Shown piece by piece: positions 9,700 through 19,114 of a DNA stretch of 64,000 nt (position 1 is the stretch's first letter; each line of letters begins with the position of its first letter). The stretch is from positions 1 to 64,000 of the IMG/VR virus record IMGVR_UViG_3300028197_001049; one strand, given 5' to 3'. This stretch comes from a virus. The notes beneath the pieces were generated by a model. It was given only the letters and a program-made list of their open reading frames with translations. It searched no databases and had not been told where the DNA came from. A program made the translations under genes and the position numbers.

Positions 9700-10214
9700 T
9701 AACTAATCACATTTCCATCGTGCTTAATTCTATATATGGTATATTTAAAAGTGGCAGTCGCGGTAAGATAATTTACATTAGTGTCGGTAGCATCAAATAC
9801 TACAGGAGTTAAAGAAACAGGAAAAGCATTATCATATTCAACTTGAATGTTTGAATTAAAATTACTACTTAAAATTTCTAATATAATCTGTCCTTCAATA
9901 GGATCTTTATCGGTATCGTACCCTTCAGCTAAACCAGTTTTAGCTAACCACTTATGAATAGTGGCATAGTTTGACATATCTTCATCAATCAAAAATTTAA
10001 TTGTAAGATCTTCATATTCAGTTTCAGTACCAGCAACTGAATAATCTCTAAATGGAGTGGGGATAGTAATGTCAGTAATTCTGATGCCGGGAATATCTAC
10101 TGATTGGCATAAAAATGCCACCTTAGGAAATTTCAAAATTGATATTTTAAATCCCTGTGGGGCAAGATAGTTGAGATTACTAATTTGATCTTCTAACCAA
10201 TTTCCAGTTGCCAT
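9699..10214 (-). CDS. g3: tail tube terminator gp3
   Basis: NYLAPQGFK...FLCQSVDIPGI...FLIDEDMSNY...AFPVSL...ATFKY. Confidence 0.88.
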   Translation of the reverse strand: MATGNWLEDQISNLNYLAPQGFKISILKFPKVAFLCQSVDIPGIRITDITIPTPFRDYSVAGTETEYEDLTIKFLIDEDMSNYATIHKWLAKTGLAEGYDTDKDPIEGQIILEILSSNFNSNIQVEYDNAFPVSLTPVVFDATDTNVNYLTATATFKYTIYRIKHDGNVIS

Positions 10215-10242
10215 ATCTAATATACTTTTTAAATATTTAGAT

Positions 10243-10267
10243 AAAAAAAGACCCCCCTAGGGGGTCT
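10243..10267 (-). terminator. intrinsic terminator after the 57-aa gene
   Basis: AGACCCCC-TAG-GGGGGTCT followed by T7 on the minus strand; a CTAAATA late-promoter-like box (10234-10240) follows immediately, ahead of g3. Confidence 0.88.
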
Positions 10268-10275
10268 ATAAGTTT

Positions 10276-10449
10276 TTAGTTTAGAATTACTTTACATACA
10301 CGTTTACATTGATTTTGATTCAATGAATCGCATTCAATTAAACATTCATAGTAATCATTTAACTTTTGATGTTCTATCTCCGCTTGCTCTAATGATCGTT
10401 CAAAATTTTTCCATTCAGATAGTTGACCTCTAGACAATAAATTATGCAT
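10276..10449 (-). CDS. 57-aa small protein with CxxxC-x7-CxxxC motif (not in ORF track)
   Basis: MHNLLSRGQLSEWKNFERSLEQAEIEHQKLNDYYECLIECDSLNQNQCKRVCKVILN*; GGAGGT SD 5 nt before ATG; own terminator. Confidence 0.85.
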   Translation of the reverse strand: MHNLLSRGQLSEWKNFERSLEQAEIEHQKLNDYYECLIECDSLNQNQCKRVCKVILN

Positions 10450-10597
10450 ACTCTACCTCCATAAATTTTCTAATCATCATGATCAAAAATGAGGGGTCAT
10501 GTGTTACCTAACAATTCTATTAGTATGTATATAAAAATGTTCATTTCAGCACAATCCAGAAATAAAAATTTATGCCTACTAGTTTATACCTAAGCAT

Positions 10598-10622
10598 AAA
10601 AAAAGACCCCTTAGAGGGGTCT
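10598..10622 (-). terminator. intrinsic terminator after g23
   Basis: AGACCCCT-CTA-AGGGGTCT then T-run on the minus strand. Confidence 0.9.
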
Positions 10623-10645
10623 GTGTGAACCTGTGTGGGGTTATA

Positions 10646-11998
10646 TCACATGAGGTTGGTAACACGCACACGTCTGTAGTAGACGTTGGTGCTGAGGTTG
10701 CCTGAGGCAACTGGATCAGAATCGGAAAGAGCAGTGTCACCCTTAGCGAATGGATTAAGAACCATGCCGTAGCGTGTCTTAAATCCGATTTTGGGCTGGA
10801 AGGTGTCAGGACCAATTGCACGAACCATCTGAAGAGGAACGTATGGGCAATAGAACATACCAGCATCATAAGGTGAAGTACCCTTATAACCAGCAATGAA
10901 GAACTGAGCAGCGTTAGCGCCCTCAGTAGGCAGTGCCGAATAAGGATCAATGTAAACGCGGATGCGTCCGTTCAGCGTACCAACGAAGGTGCTGCCGGTG
11001 TCATCAACATTAAGACCAGTATTCAGTGCAGGGTTGTAGTCAAGGACTCCAGCCATTGACAGAGCAGAAGCAACATCTGAAGAACAGATGAGCATGTTGC
11101 CCTTTCCTCTACGAGTCTCTTTCGCGATGGCGTTCATTTCACGCTCAATCTGGAAGAGGAGACCTTTGAACTTCTCAACTGACCATCTGCCGTTGGAATC
11201 AACGTCAAGGTCAAAAGTACCTTGGGAAGCAGTGTTCTGTTGAGCACCGGCTTTAGCGGAACGGAAGACTGTGCGAACGACTTCTCTGTTGATTTCCGTA
11301 AGGATCTCAGCAGAAAGGATGTTAGCAAGTTCAGTCTCAGCGTCAAGACCGTGGATTGCCTTAAGGTCTTGTGCCAGTTCCAAGCTGTACTCAGCTTTCA
11401 GGGCGCGTGACTTAGCAGTAACGGCGATCTTCTCAATGCTGAATGCCATCTCAGGGAATACAGCAGCTGCTGCTTCACCAAGTGCTTCAGCACTTGTGGT
11501 TGCCATTGCACCAGCAGAATCGTAAGTACCACTGTCGTTAAGAACGGCAGGGTTAGTTCCGGTTTGTGCAGTACCACCAGCAGAGTTGGTGGAGTTATAA
11601 CCAGTACCAGACCATGCCTGGTTGACTTCGTTGAAGAATGTCTCAGTACCAGTCTGTGACTCGTAACGTGAGCGCATTGCGAAGATCAGTCCAGTAGGAC
11701 CGTTCATTGGTTGAACGCCACAGATATCATAGGCGATCAGGTTAGGCATTGAACGTCTGATCAATGAGATCAGAACGGGGTCAAAACCAGCGACAGCGCC
11801 GGATCCGGTTGTAGCGGAATTAATAGGACCGGCGTTTGTAGGCGACTCGGTCAACATTCTCTCCTCACGGAGGAATTTTTCTTGGTTTTCAAGCAGGACG
11901 GAAGTGACGGCTTTCTTGTAACTATCTTTGATCTCGGGGAGATCGCCATGAGACAGAACAGGTGCCCACTTCTCCTGGAGTTGTTCGGTATTGAACAT
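10646..11998 (-). CDS. g23: major capsid protein gp23
   Basis: EKWAPVL...LLENQE...GVQPMNGPTGLIFAMR...AKSRALKAEYSLELAQDLKAIHGLDAE...FQPKIGFKTRYG. Confidence 0.99.
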   Translation of the reverse strand: MFNTEQLQEKWAPVLSHGDLPEIKDSYKKAVTSVLLENQEKFLREERMLTESPTNAGPINSATTGSGAVAGFDPVLISLIRRSMPNLIAYDICGVQPMNGPTGLIFAMRSRYESQTGTETFFNEVNQAWSGTGYNSTNSAGGTAQTGTNPAVLNDSGTYDSAGAMATTSAEALGEAAAAVFPEMAFSIEKIAVTAKSRALKAEYSLELAQDLKAIHGLDAETELANILSAEILTEINREVVRTVFRSAKAGAQQNTASQGTFDLDVDSNGRWSVEKFKGLLFQIEREMNAIAKETRRGKGNMLICSSDVASALSMAGVLDYNPALNTGLNVDDTGSTFVGTLNGRIRVYIDPYSALPTEGANAAQFFIAGYKGTSPYDAGMFYCPYVPLQMVRAIGPDTFQPKIGFKTRYGMVLNPFAKGDTALSDSDPVASGNLSTNVYYRRVRVTNLM

Positions 11999-12041
11999 TA
12001 GGTGCTCCTTGGAAAAAATTTAAGGTTTGTGAACTATAATT

Positions 12042-12049
12042 TATTTATA
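12042..12049 (-). promoter_or_regulatory. T4-type late promoter for g23
   Basis: TATAAATA upstream of g23; AAGGAG SD before the ATG. Confidence 0.85.
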
Positions 12050-12056
12050 ATTTAAA

Positions 12057-13142
12057 TCACTTAGTATAACGAGCGATTGCATTAACATAAGAAGCCATAT
12101 GAGCAGGAACTTCCTTCTCAACAACGGGCTCAGATGCTTCTACGCTCTCATTAATTTGAGCTTTAGGGAAATAATTTTCCTTAATAGTCTCAACTTTCTC
12201 TCTGAATGCTTCTTCAGAAGTGAACTCTACGCCCTCAGCAAGTGAGGATAGTTTCTCTTTCTGAGTATCAGCGAGACCTTGGGATACTTCGGCAATGATA
12301 GATTCCTTGACGAATTCACCAAGAGATGTATTTAAGTCAATATTTTTGTCAATTTGTTCGTTGAGTTTTGTCTCCATTTCATCTAGTTTTTCGCTCATCC
12401 CCTCAACCATATCATACTTCTCTTCTGGGATGTCCATGTAATGTTCATTGAACACTCCCTTCAGAGCCGTCATAAAGGACTCAGCAATCTCGGTGCGAAT
12501 ACCTTCGTTGATTGCCAACTTGTTATCATTAATCCATTGTTCTACAATATAGTTCAAGAAAGAATCTACCTTGGAGGACATTTCTTCCTTGATCACATCA
12601 ATTTGCTCATTTAACTGAGCAGCATAGTGTTCTTCTAAACGTGTTGTTTCTTCATCAATTCTAGAAGAAACAGCAGCAGTGAAGATTGTTGTTGCCTTTT
12701 CTTTGAACTCTTCAGAAAGTTCCTCGCCATTAACGAGTGCATTGATGTCAGCACTAACATCAAGTTCTTCCTTGCTCAATTTAGGCATTGCGTCCCCGCC
12801 ACCACGACTGGCACTCTTGCCAGACATATCCTTACCACCTTCTAATTTAGGCATAGGATCTTGCTTACCTTCACCCGAGTTAACTGCAGTCTTAGACTTC
12901 TTAACAGCGGCAGCAGCTTTAGCGCCAGAGTTTTCAAACTTGCCTGAGTGACCTTCTGAAGAACCGGCAGCCATTGGTTCTACATTAGCAACCGCAACTT
13001 CAGCACCTGAAGCATTAGGAAGATTTGTACCTTCTGCTGGAGCTGCACCTGCGGTTACAGCATTGTTCATTTCTGTAACGGTATCCGTATCAACATTTTT
13101 TGATACGAAATCCTCAAATTTCTCGTTTAACGAATTAGCCAT
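12057..13142 (-). CDS. g22: prohead core scaffold gp22
   Basis: ELSEEFKEKATTIFTAAV...VDSFLNYIVEQW...AESFM...IKENYF; g21-g22-g23 synteny. Confidence 0.93.
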   Translation of the reverse strand: MANSLNEKFEDFVSKNVDTDTVTEMNNAVTAGAAPAEGTNLPNASGAEVAVANVEPMAAGSSEGHSGKFENSGAKAAAAVKKSKTAVNSGEGKQDPMPKLEGGKDMSGKSASRGGGDAMPKLSKEELDVSADINALVNGEELSEEFKEKATTIFTAAVSSRIDEETTRLEEHYAAQLNEQIDVIKEEMSSKVDSFLNYIVEQWINDNKLAINEGIRTEIAESFMTALKGVFNEHYMDIPEEKYDMVEGMSEKLDEMETKLNEQIDKNIDLNTSLGEFVKESIIAEVSQGLADTQKEKLSSLAEGVEFTSEEAFREKVETIKENYFPKAQINESVEASEPVVEKEVPAHMASYVNAIARYTK

Positions 13143-13181
13143 TTAAAATAACCCCTAAAGGACCTTGGTTTTTCTATTACT

Positions 13182-13189
13182 TATTTATT
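13182..13189 (-). promoter_or_regulatory. late promoter for g22
   Basis: AATAAATA in the g21-g22 gap. Confidence 0.7.
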
Positions 13190-13193
13190 AAAA

Positions 13194-13838
13194 TTATAAG
13201 TTAAAGAGTAGTTTTTCAAAGCTCTCAAGGATTTTACCCTCAAGTTCTCCGCGTGAAACTCTCTCTAAATTCTCTCTTACTTGCTGAAGTTCTGCTTCTT
13301 TGAAAGCGCCATTGTTCCAGACCCATTCTTTTCCTTCCATAATTCCGTTGACGAATGCATCAGGAGCAGAAGGATCTGCTACAATATCCGCAGCAGTAGT
13401 AAGCATAAAATCATCTCTGACATAATTAGAACCACCTTTGGATTCTAAACTACCTACACCTCTAGAAGAAACTCCGAGTTGAACACCTTCCCTAAGAAGA
13501 TTCTTAGCGATTGATCCCATTGGAGTTTCAAGCAATTTTGCCTTACCAATATAGTTTGCACCATCCTGGTAAAGTTCTACAATCTTATGAGAAACACGAT
13601 CAAGATTAATGGTAGGACCATCAGGATGACCGAGTTCTCCAAGAGCACGGGACTTGTTTACAAAATTTTCATTGTAATTAGTAACTTCGCGCTGAAGAAC
13701 AGGCATAGGATATACACGACCATTGCGATTTTTGATATCACCCTGGAGAAATACTCCCTGAATATATGTATACTCTTTTCCATCTTTCTCTTCAGTGAGG
13801 AGTTCAATATCCTCAATGTGTTCTACGATAAGTTTCAT
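13194..13838 (-). CDS. g21: prohead protease gp21
   Basis: IQGVFLQ...NRNGRVYP...ALGELGHP...GVSSRGVGS...DIVADPSAPDAFV. Confidence 0.97.
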   Translation of the reverse strand: MKLIVEHIEDIELLTEEKDGKEYTYIQGVFLQGDIKNRNGRVYPMPVLQREVTNYNENFVNKSRALGELGHPDGPTINLDRVSHKIVELYQDGANYIGKAKLLETPMGSIAKNLLREGVQLGVSSRGVGSLESKGGSNYVRDDFMLTTAADIVADPSAPDAFVNGIMEGKEWVWNNGAFKEAELQQVRENLERVSRGELEGKILESFEKLLFNL

Positions 13839-14077
13839 GGTTTTTCTGTGGGTTCGGGTTCTGTAATAGGTTCTTCAGCAGATGCTTCTACTTCAGGAAC
13901 TTCAGATGCAACTTCAGGTTTCTCTTCAGTTGGATTCATAACTTGACCAGCATACTCTTTTTTATAAGTATCTAATACTTCAGATGCTTTTGCATACAGG
14001 ATATCAATTACTTCATCAGATGCGACAGAGTTTTCTCCGTTCACAATTTTATCAATCAATTCTTTAGTGACAGTCAT
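13835..14077 (-). CDS. small acidic protein, probable prohead core (gp67/gp68 position)
   Basis: Acidic Glu/Pro-rich tail; located between g20 and g21. Confidence 0.5.
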   Translation of the reverse strand: MTVTKELIDKIVNGENSVASDEVIDILYAKASEVLDTYKKEYAGQVMNPTEEKPEVASEVPEVEASAEEPITEPEPTEKP

Positions 14078-14101
14078 AATAGTATTTAATCTATGTATTA
14101 T

Positions 14102-15733
14102 TTAGTTTTCAACTTCTTTAGAAGTTTGCGCCTTCATAGGAGCCTTTGATGATGTATCAACAGGTCCACCTGCAGGCGGCAATGCGGCATTAGGATCTTC
14201 TACTGGCATGACTGGAGTATCCATCAGTTCACCAGACTTTTTCTCAGCATCAATTTGAATACGGATCTCTTCCATTTCAGATTCTTTTTGCTGTAGGATT
14301 TGACGTTTGATGTGATCGTTGGAATAATATACCCCAAGGAAAGGTTGCATTCTCTCTACGAGATTTAACCTCTCGCCAATCATTTCAATTTCTTTTAGTT
14401 CAGTGAAATGGTTATCAAACAAGAAGTCATATTGAATATGCTGCTCTATCATTTCCCAATCATCTACGGTAATAACACCTTTCAGAATGAGTTGGGTCTT
14501 CAGCATGTCATTAAAGATATGCGAGAATTCTTTACGCAACCTTCCAACAAATTTGATAAACTTAAGTTCATCACGCAAGATCTCATTTGATCTGCCGAGA
14601 CTAAATCCCTTTTCCTCGCCCACGCGAGATGGTGGGAGATTAAGCGATTTGTAGAGTTTCTTTAAGAAATACTCAACGTCCTTAAGTTCTCCGAGGTTCT
14701 GAGCACCAGGGAGTGTAGTGATTTCTGTACCTCTACCACCTTCACGGCGAGGCAACCAGAAATCTTCTAGCATACTCATGAACTTTTTGTCGTCACGAAT
14801 CTCTCCAGTGCTGGCGTCATATACCAGTTTATTTCTATAGCGAGACATAACCTCACGCAGATACTGTTCTGCTTTGACCTTTGGAAGATTACCAACGTCA
14901 ATGTAGAAAATTCTACGCTCAGGAGCGCGAGACATTCTATAGATAACCAGAGAATCTTCAATCATTCTCAGTTGGTTAACTGCTTTCAATGCCTTATGAA
15001 GATAAGACAATGGCAGATTTTGATTCATGTCCATCAGTCCTGATGTACAATACGTGATCGCATCAGGTGCAATCTTCACACCAAGTTGATCGTTCCCTGC
15101 AAGACTAACCGCTGCTTTGTGATTGAATATTCCTTTAGGATTGTAGAGATAGTATTCGGTTATATCACCATAGTTTAATTTTGCAGCATCTCCTTGTCCA
15201 GGAGTAGGTTTCTTTTTAACCTCACGCATTTTTTTGATCTTTAACGGATCAATGTAGCGAAGTTCTTTAATACCCTCAGTAGGTTTGTTAACATCAATTA
15301 CCTTATGGTAATACAGTCTTCCGTCAATATACCAACGTCTAAAAATATGATAGCATTTTTTATCAAACTGCAGTAAGCGTTTGATCTCGTTAAATTCTTC
15401 TCTAACTCTCTTCTTGATTGTATCACTCTGGTCAAGATTAGAGAGTTCAATTTCTACAGGTGAATCATCACCATCTGCAACGATTGCTTCGTTGACTACT
15501 TCGTCAATTGCTGAGTCAACTTCAGGGTGTAATGAGACTTCGCGATACTTTCGGATCTGCTCAAACTCATTTTTAGAGACACCCTCCATGTCAACGTATT
15601 GACCATAATAACCTCCCGCAGAGATTGTTACGGTCCCGTCGTCATTATTAGGAGCAACAGGGGAGACTATCCCCTGCTGTTTCTTTTTCTTTTGGTTTTC
15701 TTTATCAAGAGAAAACCCAAATAACTCCGCCAT
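14102..15733 (-). CDS. g20: portal protein gp20
   Basis: HPEVDSAIDEVVNE...RRWYIDGR...RAPERRIFYIDVGNLPK...EDFWLPRREGGRGTEI. Confidence 0.98.
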   Translation of the reverse strand: MAELFGFSLDKENQKKKKQQGIVSPVAPNNDDGTVTISAGGYYGQYVDMEGVSKNEFEQIRKYREVSLHPEVDSAIDEVVNEAIVADGDDSPVEIELSNLDQSDTIKKRVREEFNEIKRLLQFDKKCYHIFRRWYIDGRLYYHKVIDVNKPTEGIKELRYIDPLKIKKMREVKKKPTPGQGDAAKLNYGDITEYYLYNPKGIFNHKAAVSLAGNDQLGVKIAPDAITYCTSGLMDMNQNLPLSYLHKALKAVNQLRMIEDSLVIYRMSRAPERRIFYIDVGNLPKVKAEQYLREVMSRYRNKLVYDASTGEIRDDKKFMSMLEDFWLPRREGGRGTEITTLPGAQNLGELKDVEYFLKKLYKSLNLPPSRVGEEKGFSLGRSNEILRDELKFIKFVGRLRKEFSHIFNDMLKTQLILKGVITVDDWEMIEQHIQYDFLFDNHFTELKEIEMIGERLNLVERMQPFLGVYYSNDHIKRQILQQKESEMEEIRIQIDAEKKSGELMDTPVMPVEDPNAALPPAGGPVDTSSKAPMKAQTSKEVEN

Positions 15734-15762
15734 TGTATAATTGAACTACGTTTTACTGTAGT

Positions 15763-15770
15763 TATTTATC
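15763..15770 (-). promoter_or_regulatory. late promoter for g20
   Basis: GATAAATA upstream of g20. Confidence 0.7.
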
Positions 15771-15779
15771 ATGCAAGAA

Positions 15780-16361
15780 TTATGCAAGATTTACTGTACC
15801 TACAGATCCCTCAACACTCCAGTAATCATACTGGAATTCAACAGTGTATTCAGCAATACTATTGTTGTTATCATATGCCAAGTCAATCTGAGCGATATTA
15901 CTTGGAAAAGCATTCATAAACTGATAAGTTCTGATGATGCTATGGGGATCTGTATCATCATTTCCTGAAGATACTCCTCTTGAAAGTTGATCAACTTGAA
16001 GAGTCGCTGCATATTCTGCAGTATAACCACCTCCATCATCATGCTTGTTAAGACGATCCATCCATTGCTCAAAGAAAGAACGGAGTCCTAGATCCTCATC
16101 AGCCATGACAGTAACTGTCCATGATTCAAAGGTGCGATCACCAGGAAGTTTGATGACTCTTCCTCTGAAAGGAACTTCTACCGTACCAACTGTACTGGCA
16201 GGAATGCCAGCAGAGCGACATAGGAATGAAAAACTGTCGGCTAATTGATTGAAATCTGATGCCCCTTGGATTGCTGTCCCTACAGTTGGGACAGTAACTC
16301 TAAAAAGATTAGGGCGTAACCCATAACCAATTTTGTTCTTAAACGTAGAAAGGTTTGCCAT
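15780..16361 (-). CDS. g19: tail tube protein gp19
   Basis: RPNLFRV...VPFRGRVIKLPGDRTFESWTVT...FPSNIAQIDL...YTVEFQYDYW. Confidence 0.96.
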   Translation of the reverse strand: MANLSTFKNKIGYGLRPNLFRVTVPTVGTAIQGASDFNQLADSFSFLCRSAGIPASTVGTVEVPFRGRVIKLPGDRTFESWTVTVMADEDLGLRSFFEQWMDRLNKHDDGGGYTAEYAATLQVDQLSRGVSSGNDDTDPHSIIRTYQFMNAFPSNIAQIDLAYDNNNSIAEYTVEFQYDYWSVEGSVGTVNLA

Positions 16362-16383
16362 TGTTTGATTATCTCCTTAAGTG

Positions 16384-16391
16384 TATTTATT
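16384..16391 (-). promoter_or_regulatory. late promoter for g19
   Basis: AATAAATA followed by AAGGAG SD. Confidence 0.7.
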
Positions 16392-16396
16392 TTTTA

Positions 16397-18331
16397 TCAA
16401 ACTCTGCCAATTACTTCGTCAAAAGAAACACCTGAGCGGGTCGCAACAAATGTAAGAGTGATGAAGTTAATTGAACGAGATGGCTTGATATAGATGTCTG
16501 CAACAAATTCATTTCTATCAATAACATCTGCAGTGTTATTGGATTCATCGGCAACCACGAGGAAATCAGTCATACCTCTTCTTGCCTGAACGTCACGCAT
16601 GTAGTTATTGACTTGCGTTTGGAACTGGAAGCGTGTTGTGGAATCATTCAGTTCAAAGAGAACTCCTTTAGAGAAATCTTTGATTGTTCTTTCAAGAAGA
16701 AGGAACAAACGACGAACGTTAATTCTGTCAAAAGCGGAAGGACTACGAAGAGCAGTCTTATCACCAAACAGAACGATGCCTTGACCAGGGAATGAAACGA
16801 TAGGGTTGATACGCTTACCGTAAAGTTCATCTCTCTGAGCTTTAGATGGGTTGTAAGCAATCTTAACTGCGTTTCTCAGGTTACCACGATTGAAACCAGC
16901 AGGAGAGAACCAAGGTTCTGAGATAGCTGTTGTGTTAACACAAAGACCAGCAACGTCAGCACTAGTTGGAATCCAACGATATACATCATTGAATCTATCG
17001 TAGATGTACTTATAGTTATTATCAAATACAGCGTAAGAAGAACTGTCGCTGATTGCTTCAAAGAAGTCTACGACATTTTCTGTCTGGGCAGCAGCAGTAG
17101 CAGCACCAGATCCAAGAACATCAGATCTCTGAGGAGATACAAATGTAATACAATCTTTTCTAGTATTAGCAAGATTGATCAGTGAGTTTGCTTTCGCGAG
17201 ACTTGCAGGACCAGTAAGGATATAATCAAGTACTAGTGTCTCAACGTCTGAGAATACATCTAGATATGTTTGAGTTTCATTACCTACATTGTAATTCTGA
17301 TAGTCAGATGCTGAAGATAAACTATATGATTTATGACCAAACAGTTTAAAGTCCGAAGCAGCACCATTAGTACCGTCAACATCTACTTGACCAGAAGCAG
17401 CATAGGTAGAAACAGTTTCATATGCAGTTGAATAGACATACTTGGAGCGACCTTTGACAACATTTTGGAAGAAGTTACCTTCTCCTTCTGTAGTCCTAGC
17501 ACCAAATGCTTTTGATACAAATAGAATTTTTTCTAGAACTGTATTTGAAGTTCCTGTAATACCACCATCTTCATCAATGATTACAACATGCATCTCATCG
17601 TTAGCACCACCACGAGCCGCAGCGTAAGGAGAAGTACCAGGACGAGGAGCAAGTGCAGCCCACTTAACACCTGTTACAGCACTTTGCTGATCATACCAGT
17701 CAACTACTGCATCAACGTTTTCTGTGCTTACTGTTCCATTCTTAACGAACTTAGCAGAACCAGCGTCAAGAACAACAGCAACTTTCGTTGTGTCTCCACT
17801 GTTTGTTTCGTATGCAACTCCAGTAGCAGTTCCGTCAGTAACAGCGTCACCAGCTGTAAATGCTACACCGGTCGCGAGTGTCAGAATTTGATCAGCGCCA
17901 GAATCAATTGTGATAACTTTTAGTGAATTGCCCCATGTACCCGGTGTCTTAGCAGCAAACTTATAAGACTGTGAAGTGCCTTCAATGTTTGCTTCAAAGT
18001 CACCAATGTTATTAATTTTTAATGTTGTAACAGAAGCATCATTAGAGTTAGTTAAATGAGAAGCAGAAGAACTAGAAATTCTTGCTACTTGAAGATTGCC
18101 ACCGTAGTTAAGAAACTCGGAAGCAGTAAACCAAAATTCGTAGTTGTCTGCGGTTGGTTTTCCGAATTGTTCAACTAGTTCTTTTTCGTTAGTGATTAAT
18201 TTTGCAACGCCTACTTCTCCTTTCGTGAAAGGACCAGCAATAGCGCCGACATTGGTAATTGTTTCCTGGAGACGTGAGTTAGTAAAATCGCGTTCCTGAA
18301 CAATAATACCTGGCGATGATTGAGATGCCAT
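16397..18331 (-). CDS. g18: tail sheath protein gp18
   Basis: SPGIIVQERD...FLNYGG...PWFSPAGFNRG...FGDKT...FDRINVRRLF...IKPSRSINFI. Confidence 0.98.
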   Translation of the reverse strand: MASQSSPGIIVQERDFTNSRLQETITNVGAIAGPFTKGEVGVAKLITNEKELVEQFGKPTADNYEFWFTASEFLNYGGNLQVARISSSSASHLTNSNDASVTTLKINNIGDFEANIEGTSQSYKFAAKTPGTWGNSLKVITIDSGADQILTLATGVAFTAGDAVTDGTATGVAYETNSGDTTKVAVVLDAGSAKFVKNGTVSTENVDAVVDWYDQQSAVTGVKWAALAPRPGTSPYAAARGGANDEMHVVIIDEDGGITGTSNTVLEKILFVSKAFGARTTEGEGNFFQNVVKGRSKYVYSTAYETVSTYAASGQVDVDGTNGAASDFKLFGHKSYSLSSASDYQNYNVGNETQTYLDVFSDVETLVLDYILTGPASLAKANSLINLANTRKDCITFVSPQRSDVLGSGAATAAAQTENVVDFFEAISDSSSYAVFDNNYKYIYDRFNDVYRWIPTSADVAGLCVNTTAISEPWFSPAGFNRGNLRNAVKIAYNPSKAQRDELYGKRINPIVSFPGQGIVLFGDKTALRSPSAFDRINVRRLFLLLERTIKDFSKGVLFELNDSTTRFQFQTQVNNYMRDVQARRGMTDFLVVADESNNTADVIDRNEFVADIYIKPSRSINFITLTFVATRSGVSFDEVIGRV

Positions 18332-18365
18332 GTTTGCCCCTAAAGTACATATTTTGTTCTGTGAT

Positions 18366-18373
18366 TATTTATT
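18366..18373 (-). promoter_or_regulatory. late promoter for g18
   Basis: AATAAATA upstream of g18. Confidence 0.7.
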
Positions 18374-18413
18374 AAAACCTATGTTTTAAGTGGGGAAACA
18401 TTACATGAACACA

Positions 18414-18635
18414 TCACCAATCAGGGTATTCCCATCTATTAGCGTCTTTTTTTCTTAAGTTAGTAATCCTCGTGACAGTACATATTTTACATTCATATGC
18501 ATATGCAGATGGTGTCGCTCTACCTTTCCTAGTCCTATAAAAATCCGTCACGAGATCTTTTATTGCCCCACAAGATCTACATTTCCTTTGAGTGAAAAGT
18601 AGATGTTCTAATTCAAACTCTTCTTCAAAATCCAT
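18414..18635 (-). CDS. small CxxC...CxxC zinc-finger-like protein
   Basis: RKCRSCG...DFYRTRK...YAYECKICT...WEYPDW. Confidence 0.65.
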   Translation of the reverse strand: MDFEEEFELEHLLFTQRKCRSCGAIKDLVTDFYRTRKGRATPSAYAYECKICTVTRITNLRKKDANRWEYPDW

Positions 18636-19114
18636 TATTCCAAACGTTCAAATTCAAATAATCCTTTGCCGGGTTCTGTTCCCCAAACAAAATCTCCTGT
18701 ATCTATATCATATCCCGTATCCAAAGAACGATATAAAGATCCATTGAATTGAATAAAAGATTCAACTCTTGCGTTGTTTATAGTGCATTCACCTTTGACT
18801 GAACCTGTCCACCAATTATCATCATATTTCCACTCCAAAATACAACTAGGGTCTCCCGTTTCTTGATTAATTGGATGGGTGATTACAGTAGTATCATTAA
18901 TATATTCATATGTAATATGATAATGACGATATGGTTCATCTTCAGTTTTATAATCATACCATTGTTTTAATTCTAGTAAATTATTCTCTAATCTAGAATA
19001 TAAAATATTAACTTGTGGCCACCTACTAGGATCTGAAAATGCCTGCATCTTGTTAAGATAATGTCCAACAATCATCTCATCAAAAGATCTGCAATTACAA
19101 TTAATACATTTCAT
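18635..19114 (-). CDS. cpeT: CpeT/CpcT-like (T-type) phycobilin lyase
   Basis: GHYLNKMQAFSDPSRWPQV...KQWYDY...PYRH...GEC...YRSLDTGYD...FVWG...FEF matches the CpcT/CpeT pattern (NxxQA...PYR...D.G.D...WG...F.F). Confidence 0.82.
   Translation of the reverse strand: MKCINCNCRSFDEMIVGHYLNKMQAFSDPSRWPQVNILYSRLENNLLELKQWYDYKTEDEPYRHYHITYEYINDTTVITHPINQETGDPSCILEWKYDDNWWTGSVKGECTINNARVESFIQFNGSLYRSLDTGYDIDTGDFVWGTEPGKGLFEFERLE

Noticed and set aside
10276-10449. 57-aa Cys protein as CP12
   Set aside because: Lacks the CP12 AWDxVEE and CxxxPxxxEC motifs
10538-10553. TGT-N10-ACA as an NtcA/CRP site for the 57-aa gene
   Set aside because: Lacks the GTA-N8-TAC core and its spacing to the TAGAAT box is shorter than in canonical NtcA promoters
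10579-10950. 123-aa ORF overlapping the 3' end of g23
   Set aside because: Shadow frame that runs through the g23 terminator
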